From Torpedo marmorata (Eukaryota), in assembly GCA_977017645.1 (NCBI GenBank), contig OZ360246.1, positions 54,808,001 through 54,872,000 of the forward strand: 64,000 bases of DNA, read 5' to 3'. The notes below the pieces were generated by a model. It ran no database searches. It saw nothing but the letters and a program-made list of their open reading frames with translations, and was not told the DNA's origin. Numbering within the stretch: the stretch's first letter is position 1; each line of letters opens with the position of its first letter. Of the stretch, positions 10,201-22,420 are shown piece after piece. The position numbers and the translations under genes were made by a program.

Positions 10201-13200
10201 AGAGACTGCAATTCCAGATGTGGACCCGGCTCTGTGCTGATCTGGTCAGCCACTACAAATCGAGTTGCCACCCCAGCTCTGCACTGCTCTAGTCAGAGGC
10301 TGCAAATCCAGATGTGGCTCCGACTCTGCACTGCTCTGGTCATACACTGTAATTTCAGATGTGGGCCCCCGGCTCTGTGCTGCTCTGGTCAGGCACTATC
10401 ATTCCAGATGTGCCCCCAGCTCTGAGGTGCTCTGATCAGAGACTGCAATTCCCGATGAGGCACCAGCTCTGCGCTGCTCAGGTCAGGCAACTCAATTCCA
10501 GGTGTGTCCCCGGCTCAGCGCTGTTCTGGTCAGGCACTACAATTCCAGATGTGCCCCACGGCTCTTCTCTGCTCTGGTCAGGCACTGCAGTTCCAGATGT
10601 GCCAACCCGGCTCTACGCTGCACTGGTCAGTCACTGCAATTCCAGGTGTGACACCGGCTCTGCGCTGCTCTGGTCAGGCACTGCATTTCTAGATGTGCCC
10701 CTGGCTCAGCACTGCTCTGCTCAGGCACTGCAATTACAGATGTGGCCCCCGGTTCTGTGCTGCTCTGGTCAGACACTACAGTTCCAGATGTCCGCCCGGC
10801 TCTGCGCTGCATTGGTCAGAGACTGCAATTCCAGATGTGGCCACGACTCTGTCCTGCTCTGGTCAGTCACTGTCATTGCAGATGTGCACCATGTCTCTGT
10901 GCTACTTTGGTCAGGCACTGCAGTTGCAGATGTGCCCCTTAGCTCTTTGCTGCTCTGGTGAGTCACGGCAATTCCAGATGTGCCCCAGCTCTGCACTATT
11001 CTGGTCATACACTGCAATTTCAGATGTGGGCCCCCGGCTTTGTGCTGCTCTGGTCAGGCACTGCAATTCCAGATGTGCCCCTGGCTCTGAGCTGATCTGA
11101 CAAGATACTTCAATTCCAGATGTGGCCCGGCTCTGCGCTTCTCTGGCCAAACACTGCAATTCCAGATGTGAATCTGGCTCTGCTCTGGTCATGCACCACA
11201 ATTCCAGATGTTGCCACCAGCTCTACATTGCTCTTGTCAGGCACTGCAATTCCAGATGTGACTCCCGTCTTTTCGCTGTGCTGGTCAGGCAATGCAGTTC
11301 CAGATATGGACCCGGCTCTGTGCTGATCTGGTCAGCCACTACAAATCGAGTTGCCACCCCAGCTCTGCACTGCTATAGTCAGAGGCTGCAAATCCAGATG
11401 TGGCTCCGACTCTGCACTCCTCTGCTCATACACTGTAATTTCAGATGTGGGCCCCCGGCTCTGTGCTGCTCTGATTAGGGACTACAATTCCAGATGGTTC
11501 TCCGGCTCTGCTCTGCTCTGGTCAGGCACTGCAATTCCAGATGTAGCCCCCGGATCTGTACTGCTCTGGTCAGGCACTATCATTCCAGATGTGCCCCCAG
11601 CTCTGAGGTGCTCTGATCAGAGACTGCAATTCCCGATTTGGCACCGGCTCTGCGCTGCTCAGGTCAGGCAACTCAATTCCAGGTGTGTCCCCGGCTCAGC
11701 GCTGTTCTGGTCAGGCACTACAATTCCAGATGTGCCCCACTGCTCTTCTCTGCTCTGGTCAGGCACTGCCGTTCCAGATGTGCTAACCCGGCTCTACGCT
11801 GCACTGGTCAGTCTCTGCAATTCCAGGTGTGACACCGGCTCTGCGCTGCTCTGGTCAGGCACTGCAATTCTAGATGTGCCCCTGGCTCAGCACTGCTCTG
11901 CTCAGGCACTGCAATTACAGATGTGCCCCCGGCTGTACTGCTCTGGTCAGACACTGCAATTCCAGATGTGGCCCTCGGTTTTGTGCTGCTCTGGTCAGAC
12001 ACTACAGTTCCAGATGTCCGCCCGGCTCTGTGCTGCATTGGTCAGAGACTGCAATTCCAGATGTGGCCACGGCTCTGTCCTGCTCTGGTCAGTCACTGTA
12101 ATTGCAGATGTGCACCATGGCTCTGTGCTGCTCTGGTCAGGCACCACAATTCCAGATGTGTCTCCGGCTCTGCACTGCTCTGGTGAGTCACTGCAATTCC
12201 AAATGTGCCCACGGCTCTGCGCTGCTCTGGTCAGGCACTGCAATTCCAGAAGTTCCCCTTGCTCTGAGCTGCTCGGAACAGATAATGAAATTCCAGATGT
12301 GGCCCGGCTCTGTGCTGCTCTGGTCAGTCACTGCAATTCCAGATGTGCCTCTGGCTCTGCTCTGGTCAGGCACTGCAATTTCACATGTAACCCCTGGCTC
12401 TTCGCTGCTCTGGTCAGGCACTGCCATTCCAGATGTGACCACACGGCTCCGCACTGCTCTGGTCTGGCATTACATTTCCAGATGTGGGCCCTGGCTCAGC
12501 GCTCCTCTGGTCAGTCACTGCAATTCCAGATGTGACCATCCGCTCGGCACTGCTCTGGTCATGCACTGCAGTTCCAAATGTGCCAACCCGGCTATGCACT
12601 GCACTGGTCAGAGACTGCAATTCCAGATGTGGCCCGGCTCTGCCGTGCTCTGGTCAGTCACTGTAATTCCAGTATTGCACCATGGCTCTGTGCTGCTCTG
12701 GTCAGGTACTGCAGTTCCAGATGTGGTGGCCTGGTTCTGTGCTGCTCTGTTCAGACACTACAATTCCAGATGTTCCCCGGCTCTACGCTGCATTAGTTAG
12801 AGTGCAATTCCAGATGTGGCCATGGCTCTGCCCTTCTCTGGTCACACTGCTGTTCCAGATGTGCCCCCACCCGGCTCTGTGCTATATTGGTCAGTCACTG
12901 CAATTCCAGATGTGGCCCCCGATTCTGTGCTGATCTGGTCAGCCACTACAAATCGAGTTGCCACCCCAGCTCTGCACTGCTCTAGTCAGAGGCTGCAAAT
13001 CCAGATGAGGCTCCAACTCTGCACTGCTCTGGTCATACACTGTAATTTCAGATGTGTGCCCCCGGCTCTGTGCTGCTCTGGTCATGCACTATAATTCCAG
13101 ATGTGCCCCAGGCTCTGAACTGCTCTGATCAGAGACTACAATTCCAGATGTGGCCCCGGCTCTGCGCTGCTCTGGTCAGGCAACTCAATTCCAGATGTTT

Positions 13201-16200
13201 CCCCGGCTCTGCGCTGTTCTGGTCAGGCACTGCATTTCCAGATGTGGCCCCTGGCTCAGCACTGCTCTGGTCAGACACAGCAATTTCACATGTGGTCCCT
13301 CGGCTCTGCGCTGCTCTGGTCAGAGACTGCAATTCCAGATGTGACGCTACTCTGTGCTGATCTGGTCAGTAACAACAATTCCAGATGTGCCCCCGGCTCT
13401 GAGCTGCTCTGATGAGAGACTGCAATTCCAGATGTGGACCCGGCTCTGTGCTGCTCTGGCCAGTCACTGAAATTCCAGATGTTGCCCTGACTCAGTGATG
13501 CTCTGGTCAGGCACTGCAATTCCCAGTGTGACCACCCGGCTTCGCACTGCTCTGGTCAGGCACTGCATTTCCAGATGTGTCCCCTGGCTCAGCACTGCTC
13601 TGGTCAGGCTCTGCTATTCCAGATGTGACCCCCAGCTCTGCGCTGCTCTGGTCTGGCACTACAGTTCCAGATGTGCCACCCCGGCTCTGCGTTCTCTGGT
13701 CAGAGACTGCAATTCCAGATTTGACCTGGCTCTGCGCTGCTCTGGTCAGGCACCACTATTCCAGATGTGTCTCCGGCTCTGCACTGCTCTGGTGAGTCAC
13801 TGCAATTCCAGATGTGCCCACGGCTCTGTGCTGCTCTGGTCATACACTGCAATTTCAGATGTGGGCCCCCGGCTCTGTGCTGCTCTGACCAGATAATGCA
13901 ATTCCAGATGTGACCCGGCTCTGCCCTGCTCTGGTCAGTCACTGCAATTCCAGATGTTCCTCTGGCTCTGCTCTGGTCAGGCACTGCAATTTCACATGTA
14001 ACCCCTGGCTCTTCGCTGCTCTGGTCAGGCACTGCCATTCCAGATGTGACCACACGGCTCCGCACTGCTCTGGTCTGGCACTGCATTTCCAGATGTGGGC
14101 CCTGGCTCAGCGCTCCTCTCGTCAGTCACTGCAATTCCAGATGTGACCACCCGTTCGGCACTGCTCTGGTCAGGCACTGCAGTTCCAAAAGTGCCAACCC
14201 GGCTCTGCACTGCACTGGTCAGAGACTTCAATTCCAGATGTGGCCCCGGCTCTGCCCTGCTCTGGTCAGTCACTGTAATTCCAGTATTGCACCATGGCTC
14301 TGTGCTGCTCTGGTCAGGTACTGCAGTTCCAGATGTGGTGGCCTGGTTCTGTGCTGCTCTGTTCAGACACTACAATTCCAGATGTTCCCCGGCTCTGCAC
14401 TGCATTAGTCAGTGCAATTCCAGATTTGGACCTGGCTCTGTCCTGCTCTGGTCACACTGCAATTCAAGATGTGCCACCGCCCGGCTCTGTGCTATTTTGG
14501 TCAGTCACTGCAATTCCAGATGTGGCCCCGGTTCTGTGCTGATCTGGTCAGCCACTACAAATCGAGTTGCCACCCCAGCTCTGCACCGCTCTAGTCAGAG
14601 GCTGAAAATCCAGATGTGGCTCCAACTCTGCACTGCTCTGGTCATACTCTGTAATTTCAGATGTAAGCCCCCGGCTCTGTGCTGCTCTGGTCAGGCCCTA
14701 TAATTCCAGATGTGCCCCCGGCTCTGAACTGCTCTAATCAGAGACTACAATTCCAGATGTTTCCCCGGCTCTGCGCTGTTCTGGTCAGTCACTTCAATTT
14801 CAGAGGTGACCCTCGGTCCTGCATTGCACTGGTCAGGCACTGAAATTCCAGATATGGCACTCCGGCTCTGTTCTGCTCTGGTCAGGCACGGCATTTCCAA
14901 ATATGGCCCCTGGCTCAGCACTGCTCTGGTCAGACACAGAAATTTCACATGTGGTCCCTCGGCTCTGCGCTGCTCTGGTTTGGCACTACAATTCCAGATG
15001 TGACACCCCAGCTCTGCGCTGCTCTGGTCAGAGACAGCAATTCCAGATGTGCCCCCGGCTCTGAGCTGCTCTGATGAGAGACTGCAATTCCAGATGTGGA
15101 CCCGGCTCTGTGCTGATCTGGTCAGCCACTACAAATCGAGTTGCCACCCCAGCTCTGCACTGCTCTAGTCAGAGGCTGCAAATCCAGATGTGGCTCCGAC
15201 TCTGCACTGCTCTGGTCATACACTGTAATTTCAGATGTGGGCCCCCGGCTCTGTGCTGCTCTGGTCAGGCACTATCATTCCAGATGTGCCCCCAGCTCTG
15301 AGGTGCTCTGATCAGAGACTGCAATTCCCGATGAGGCACCAGCTCTGCGCTGCTCAGGTCAGGCAACTCAATTCCAGGTGTGTCCCCGGCTCAGCGCTGT
15401 TCTGGTCAGGCACTACAATTCCAGATGTGCCCCACGGCTCTTCTCTGCTCTGGTCAGGCACTGCAGTTCCAGATGTGCCAACCCGGCTCTACGCTGCACT
15501 GGTCAGTCACTGCAATTCCAGGTGTGACACCGGCTCTGCGCTGCTCTGGTCAGGCACTGCATTTCTAGATGTGCCCCTGGCTCAGCACTGCTCTGCTCAG
15601 GCACTGCAATTACAGATGTGGCCCCCGGTTCTGTGCTGCTCTGGTCAGACACTACAGTTCCAGATGTCCGCCCGGCTCTGCGCTGCATTGGTCAGAGACT
15701 GCAATTCCAGATGTGGCCACGACTCTGTCCTGCTCTGGTCAGTCACTGTCATTGCAGATGTGCACCATGTCTCTGTGCTACTTTGGTCAGGCACTGCAGT
15801 TGCAGATGTGCCCCTTAGCTCTTTGCTGCTCTGGTGAGTCACGGCAATTCCAGATGTGCCCCAGCTCTGCACTATTCTGGTCATACACTGCAATTTCAGA
15901 TGTGGGCCCCCGGCTTTGTGCTGCTCTGGTCAGGCACTGCAATTCCAGATGTGCCCCTGGCTCTGAGCTGATCTGACAAGATACTTCAATTCCAGATGTG
16001 GCCCGGCTCTGCGCTTCTCTGGCCAAACACTGCAATTCCAGATGTGAATCTGGCTCTGCTCTGGTCATGCACCACAATTCCAGATGTTGCCACCAGCTCT
16101 ACATTGCTCTTGTCAGGCACTGCAATTCCAGATGTGACTCCCGTCTTTTCGCTGTGCTGGTCAGGCAATGCAGTTCCAGATATGGACCCGGCTCTGTGCT

Positions 16201-16400
16201 GATCTGGTCAGCCACTACAAATCGAGTTGCCACCCCAGCTCTGCACTGCTATAGTCAGAGGCTGCAAATCCAGATGTGGCTCCGACTCTGCACTCCTCTG
16301 CTCATACACTGTAATTTCAGATGTGGGCCCCCGGCTCTGTGCTGCTCTGATTAGGGACTACAATTCCAGATGGTTCTCCGGCTCTGCTCTGCTCTGGTCA
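7250..16400 (+). repeat. Higher-order tandem duplication, period 4876-4877 bp (copy 1 ~7250-12126, copy 2 ~12127-16400)
   Basis: Identical ORFs at a constant offset (7311/12188, 7806/12682, 8619/13495, 11110/15986). Few differences, e.g. ggctctgc ~7713 vs ggctatgc ~12590, and a 1-bp C indel ~7757/12633. Confidence 0.95.
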
Positions 16401-18676
16401 GTCACTGCAATTCCAGATGTGACCACCCGTTCGGCACTGCTCTGGTCAGGCACTGCAGTTCCAAAAGTGCCAACCCGGCTCTGCACTGCACTGGTCAGAG
16501 AATTCAATTCCAGATGTGGCCCCGGCTCTGCCCTGCTCTGGTCAGTCACTGTAATTCCAGTATTGCACCATGGCTCTGTGCTGCTCTGGTCAGGTACTGC
16601 AGTTCCAGATGTGGTGGCCTGGTTCTGTGCTGCTCTGTTCAGACACTACAATTCCAGATGTTCCCCGGCTCTGCACTGCATTAGTCAGTGCAATTCCAGA
16701 TGTGGACCTGGCTCTGTCCTGCTCTGGTCACACTGCAATTCAAGATGTGCCACCGCCCGGCTCTGTGCTATTTTGGTCAGTCACTGCAATTCCAGATGTG
16801 GCCCCGGTTCTGTGCTGATCTGGTCAGCCACTACAAATCGAGTTGCCACCCCAGCTCTGCACCGCTCTAGTCAGAGGCTGAAAATCCAGATGTGGCTCCA
16901 ACTCTGCACTGCTCTGGTCATACTCTGTAATTTCAGATGTAAGCCCCCGGCTCTGTGCTGCTCTGGTCAGGCCCTATAATTCCAGATGTGCCCCCGGCTC
17001 TGAACTGCTCTAATCAGAGACTACAATTCCAGATGTATCCCCGGCTCTGCGCTGTTCTGGTCAGCCACTTCAATTTCAGAGGTGACCCTCGGTCCTGCAT
17101 TGCACTGGTCAGGCACTGAAATTCCAGATATGGCACTCCGGCTCTGTTCTGCTCTGGTCAGGCACGGCATTTCCAAATATGGCCCCTGGCTCAGCACTGC
17201 TCTGGTCAGACACAGAAATTTCACATGTGGTCCCTCGGCTCTGCGCTGCTCTGGTTTGGCACTACAATTCCAGATGTGACACCCCAGCTCTGCGCTGCTC
17301 TGGTCAGAGACAGCAATTCCAGATGTGCCCCCGGCTCTGAGCTGCTCTGATGAGAGACTGCAATTCCAGATGTGGACCCGGCTCTGTGCTGATCTGGTCA
17401 GCCACTACAAATCGAGTTGCCACCCCAGCTCTGCACTGCTCTAGTCAGAGGCTGCAAATCCAGATGTGGCTCCGACTTTGCACTGCTCTGGTCATACACT
17501 GTAATTTCAGATGTGGGCCCCCGGCTCTGTGCTGCTCTGGTCAGGCACTATCATTCCAGATGTGCCCCCAGCTCTGAGGTGCTCTGATCAGAGACTGCAA
17601 TTCCCGATGTGGCACCAGCTCTGCGCTGCTCAGGTCAGGCAACTCAATTCCAGGTGTGTCCCCGGCTCAGCGCTGTTCTGGTCAGGCACTACAATTCCAG
17701 ATGTGCCCCACGGCTCTTCTCTGCTCTGGTCAGGCACTGCAGTTCCAGATGTGCCAACCCGGCTCTACGCTGCACTGGTCAGTCACTGCAATTCCAGGTG
17801 TGACACTGGCTCTGCGCTGCTCTGGTCAGGCACTGCATTTCTAGATGTGCCCCTGGCTCAGCACTGCTCTGCTCAGGCACTGCAATTACAGATGTGGCCC
17901 CCGGTTCTGTGCTGCTCTGGTCAGACACTACAGTTCCAGATGTCCGCCCGGCTCTGCGCTGCATTGGTCAGAGACTGCAATTCCAGATGTGGCCACGACT
18001 CTGTCCTGCTCTGGTCAGTCACTGTCATTGCAGATGTGCACCATGGCTCTGTGCTACTTTGGTCAGGCACTGCAGTTGCAGATGTGCCCCTTAGCTCTTT
18101 GCTGCTCTGGTGAGTCACGGCAATTCCAGATGTGCCCCAGCTCTGCACTATTCTGGTCATACACTGCAATTTCAGATGTGGGCCCCCGGCTTTGTGCTGC
18201 TCTGGTCAGGCACTGCAATTCCAGATGTGCCCCTGGCTCTGAGCTGATCTGACAAGATACTTCAATTCCAGATGTGGCCCGGCTCTGCGCTTCTCTGGCC
18301 AAACACTGCAATTCCAGATGTGAATCTGGCTCTGCTCTGGTCATGCACCACAATTCCAGATGTTGCCACCAGCTCTACATTGCTCTTGTCAGGCACTGCA
18401 ATTCCAGATGTGACTCCCGTCTTTTCGCTGTGCTGGTCAGGCAATGCAGTTCCAGATATGGACCCGGCTCTGTGCTGATCTGGTCAGCCACTACAAATCG
18501 AGTTGCCACCCCAGCTCTGCACTGCTATAGTCAGAGGCTGCAAATCCAGATGTGGCTCCGACTCTGCACTCCTCTGCTCATAAACTGTAATTTCAGATGT
18601 GGGCCCCCGGCTCTGTGCTGCTCTGATTAGGGACTACAATTCCAGATGGTTCTCCGGCTCTGCTCTGCTCTGGTCA
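14125..18676 (+). repeat. Higher-order tandem duplication, period 2276 bp
   Basis: ORF offsets 14294/16570, 14745/17021 and 15986/18262. The junction at ~16400 jumps back to gtcactgcaattccagatgtgaccacccgttcgg. Confidence 0.93.
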
Positions 18677-21600
18677 GGCACTGCAATTCCAGATGTAGCC
18701 CCCGGATCTGTACTGCTCTGGTCAGGCACTATCATTCCAGATGTGCCCCCAGCTCTGAGGTGCTCTGATCAGAGACTGCAATTCCCGATTTGGCACCGGC
18801 TCTGCGCTGCTCAGGTCAGGCAACTCAATTCCAGGTGTGTCCCCGGCTCAGCGCTGTTCTGGTCAGGCACTACAATTCCAGATGTGCCCCACTGCTCTTC
18901 TCTGCTCTGGTCAGGCACTGCCGTTCCAGATGTGCTAACCCGGCTCTACGCTGCACTGGTCAGTCTCTGCAATTCCAGGTGTGACACCGGCTCTGCGCTG
19001 CTCTGGTCAGGCACTGCAATTCTAGATGTGCCCCTGGCTCAGCACTGCTCTGCTCAGGCACTGCAATTACAGATGTGCCCCCGGCTGTACTGCTCTGGTC
19101 AGACACTGCAATTCCAGATGTGGCCCTCGGTTTTGTGCTGCTCTGGTCAGACACTACAGTTCCAGATGTCCGCCCGGCTCTGCGCTGCATTGGTCAGAGA
19201 CTGCAATTCCAGATGTGGCCACGGCTCTGTCCTGCTCTGGTCAGTCACTGTAATTGCAGATGTGCACCATGGCTCTGTGCTGCTTTGGTCAGGCACTGCA
19301 GTTGCAGATGTGCCCCTTAGCTCTTTGCTGCTCTGGTGAATCACGGCAATTCCAGATATGCCCCAGCTCTGCACTATTCTGGTCATACACTGCAATTTCA
19401 GATGTGGGCCCCCGGGTTTGTGCTGCTCTGGTCAGGCACTGCAATTCCAGATGTGCCCCTGGCTCTGAGCTGATCTGACAAGATACTTCAATTCCAGATG
19501 TGGCCCAGCTCTGCGCTTCTCTGGTCAATCACTGCAATTCCAGATGTGCATCTGGCTCTGCTCTGGTCATGCACCACAATTCCAGATGTGGCCACCAGCT
19601 CTACATTGCTCTTGTCAGGCACTTCAAATCCAGATATGACTCCCGTCTTTTCGCTGCGCTGGTCAGGCAATGCAGTTCCAGATGTGCCCCTGGCTCTGTG
19701 CTGATCTGACCAGATACTGCAATTCCAGATGAGGCCAGGCTCTGCGCTGCTCTGGTCAGTCTGCAATTCCAGATGTGCATCTGGCTCTGCTCTGGTCAGG
19801 CGCCGCAATTCCAGATGTGACCCGGCTCTGTGCTGCTCTTGTCAGGCACTCCAATTCCACATGTGACCCACGTCTTTTCCTTGCTTTGGTCAGGCAATAC
19901 AGTTCCAGATGTGCCCCTGGTTCAGCGCTGCTCTGCTCAGGCACTGCAATTACAGATGTGCCCCGGCTGTGCTGCTCTGGTCAGACTACAATTCCAGATG
20001 TGGCCCCTGGTTCTGTGATGCTCTGGACAGACAACACAGTTCCTGATGTCCCCCCGGTTCTGCGCTGCATTGGTCAGAAACTGCAATTCCAGATGTGGCC
20101 CCGGCTCTGCCCTGCTCTGGTCAGTCACTGTAATTGCAGATGTGCACCATGGCTCTGTGCTGCTCTGGTGAGTCACGGCCATTCCAGATGTGCCCCTGGC
20201 TCTGAGCTGATCTGACAAGATACTTCAATTCCAGATGTGGCCCGGCTCTGCGCTTCTCTGGCCAAACACTGCAATTCCAGATGTGAATCTGGCTCTGCTA
20301 TGGTCATGCACCACAATTCCAGATGTTGCCACCAGCTCTACATTGCTCTTGTCAGGCACTGCAATTCCAGATGTGACGCCCATCTTTTCGCTGTGCTGGT
20401 CAGGCAATGCAGTTCCAGATATGGACCCGGCTCTGTGCTGATCTGGTCATGCACTGCAATTCCAGATGTGCCCCTGGCTCTGAGCTGATCTGACAAGATA
20501 CTTCAATTCCAGATGTGGCCCGGCTCTGCGCTTCTCTGGCCAAACACTGCAATTCCAGATGTGAATCTGGCTCTGCTCTGGTCATGCACCACAATTCCAG
20601 ATATTGCCACCAGCTCTACATTGCTCTTGTCAGGCACTGCAATTCCAGATGTGACTCCCGTCTTTTCGTTGTGCTGGTCAGGCAATGCAGTTCCAGATAT
20701 GTACCCGGCTCTGTGCTGATCTGGTCAGCCACTACAAATCGAGTTGCCACCCCAGCTCTGCACTGCTCTAGTCAGAGGCTGCAAATCCAGATGTGGCTCC
20801 GACTCTGCACTCCTCTGCTCATACACTGTAATTTCAGATGTGGGCCCCCGGCTCTGTGCTGCTCTGATCAGGGACTACAATTCCAGATGGTTCTCCGGCT
20901 CTGCTCTGCTCTGGTCAGGCACTGCAATTCCAGATGTAGCCCCCGGATCTGTACTGCTCTGGTCAGGCACTATCATTCCAGATGTGCCCCCAGCTCTGAG
21001 GTGCTCTGATCAGAGACTGCAATTCCCGATTTGGCACCGGCTCTGCGCTGCTCAGGTCAGGCAACTCAATTCCAGGTGTGTCCCCGGCTCAGCGCTGTTC
21101 TGGTCAGGCACTACAATTCCAGATGTGCCCCACTGCTCTTCTCTGCTCTGGTCAGGCACTGCCGTTCCAGATGTGCCAACCCGGCTCTACGCTGCACTGG
21201 TCAGTCTCTGCAATTCCAGGTGTGACACCGGCTCTGCGCTGCTCTGGTCAGGCACTGCAATTCTAGATGTGCCCCTGGCTCAGCACTGCTCTGCTCAGGC
21301 ACTGCAATTACAGATGTGCCCCCGGCTGTACTGCTCTGGTCAGACACTGCAATTCCAGATGTGGCCCCCGGTTCTGTGCTGCTCTGGTCAGACACTACAG
21401 TTCCAGATGTCCGCCCGGCTCTGCGCTGCATTGGTCAGAGTCTGCAATTCCAGATGTGGCCACGGCTCTGTCCTGCTCTGGTCAGTCACTGTAATTGCAG
21501 ATGTGCACCATGGCTCTGTGCTGCTTTGGTCAGGCACTGCAGTTGCAGATGTGCCCCTTAGCTCTTTGCTGCTCTGGTGAGTCACGGCAATTCCAGATAT

Positions 21601-22420
21601 GCCCCAGCTCTGCACTATTCTGGTCATACACTGCAATTTCAGATGTGGGCCCCCGGGTTTGTGCTGCTCTGGTCAGGCACTGCAATTCCAGATGTGCCCC
21701 TGGCTCTGAGCTGATCTGACAAGATACTTCAATTCCAGATGTGGCTCAGCTCTGCGCTTCTCTGGTCAATCACTGCAATTCCAGATGTGCATCTGGCTCT
21801 GCTCTGGTCATGCACCACAATTCCAGATGTGGCCACCAGCTCTACATTGCTCTTGTCAGGCACTTCAATTCCAGATATGACTCCCGTCTTTTCGCTGCGC
21901 TGGTCAGGCAATGCAGTTCCAGATGTGCCCTGGCTCTGTGCTGATCTGACCAGATACTGCAATTCCAGATTAGGCCAGGCTCTGCGCTGCTCTGGTCAGT
22001 CTGCAATTCCAGATGTGCATCTGGCTCTGCTATGGTCAGGCGCCGCAATTCCAGATGTGACCCGGCTCTGTGCTGCTCTTGTCAGGCACTCCAATTCCAC
22101 ATGTGACCCACGTCTTTTCCTTGCTTTGGTCAGGCAATACAGTTCCAGATGTGCCCCTGGTTCAGCGCTGCTCTGCTCAGGCACTGCAATTACAGATGTG
22201 CCCCGGCTGTGCTGCTCTGGTCAGACTACAATTCCAGATGTGGCCCCTGGTTCTGTGCTGCTCTGGACAGACAACACAGTTCCTGATGTCCCCCCGGTTC
22301 TGCGCTGCATTGGTCAGAAACTGCAATTCCAGATGTGGCCCCGGCTCTGCCCTGCTCTGGTCAGTCACTGTAATTGCAGATGTGCACCATGGCTCTGTGC
22401 TGCTCTGGTGAGTCACGGCA
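18221..22420 (+). repeat. Higher-order duplication, offset 2241 bp (a ~1963-bp unit plus an extra 278-bp block at ~20184-20461)
   Basis: ORF offsets 18790/21031, 19254/21495 and 19498/21739. ORFs 20225/20503 differ by 278. Confidence 0.9.
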
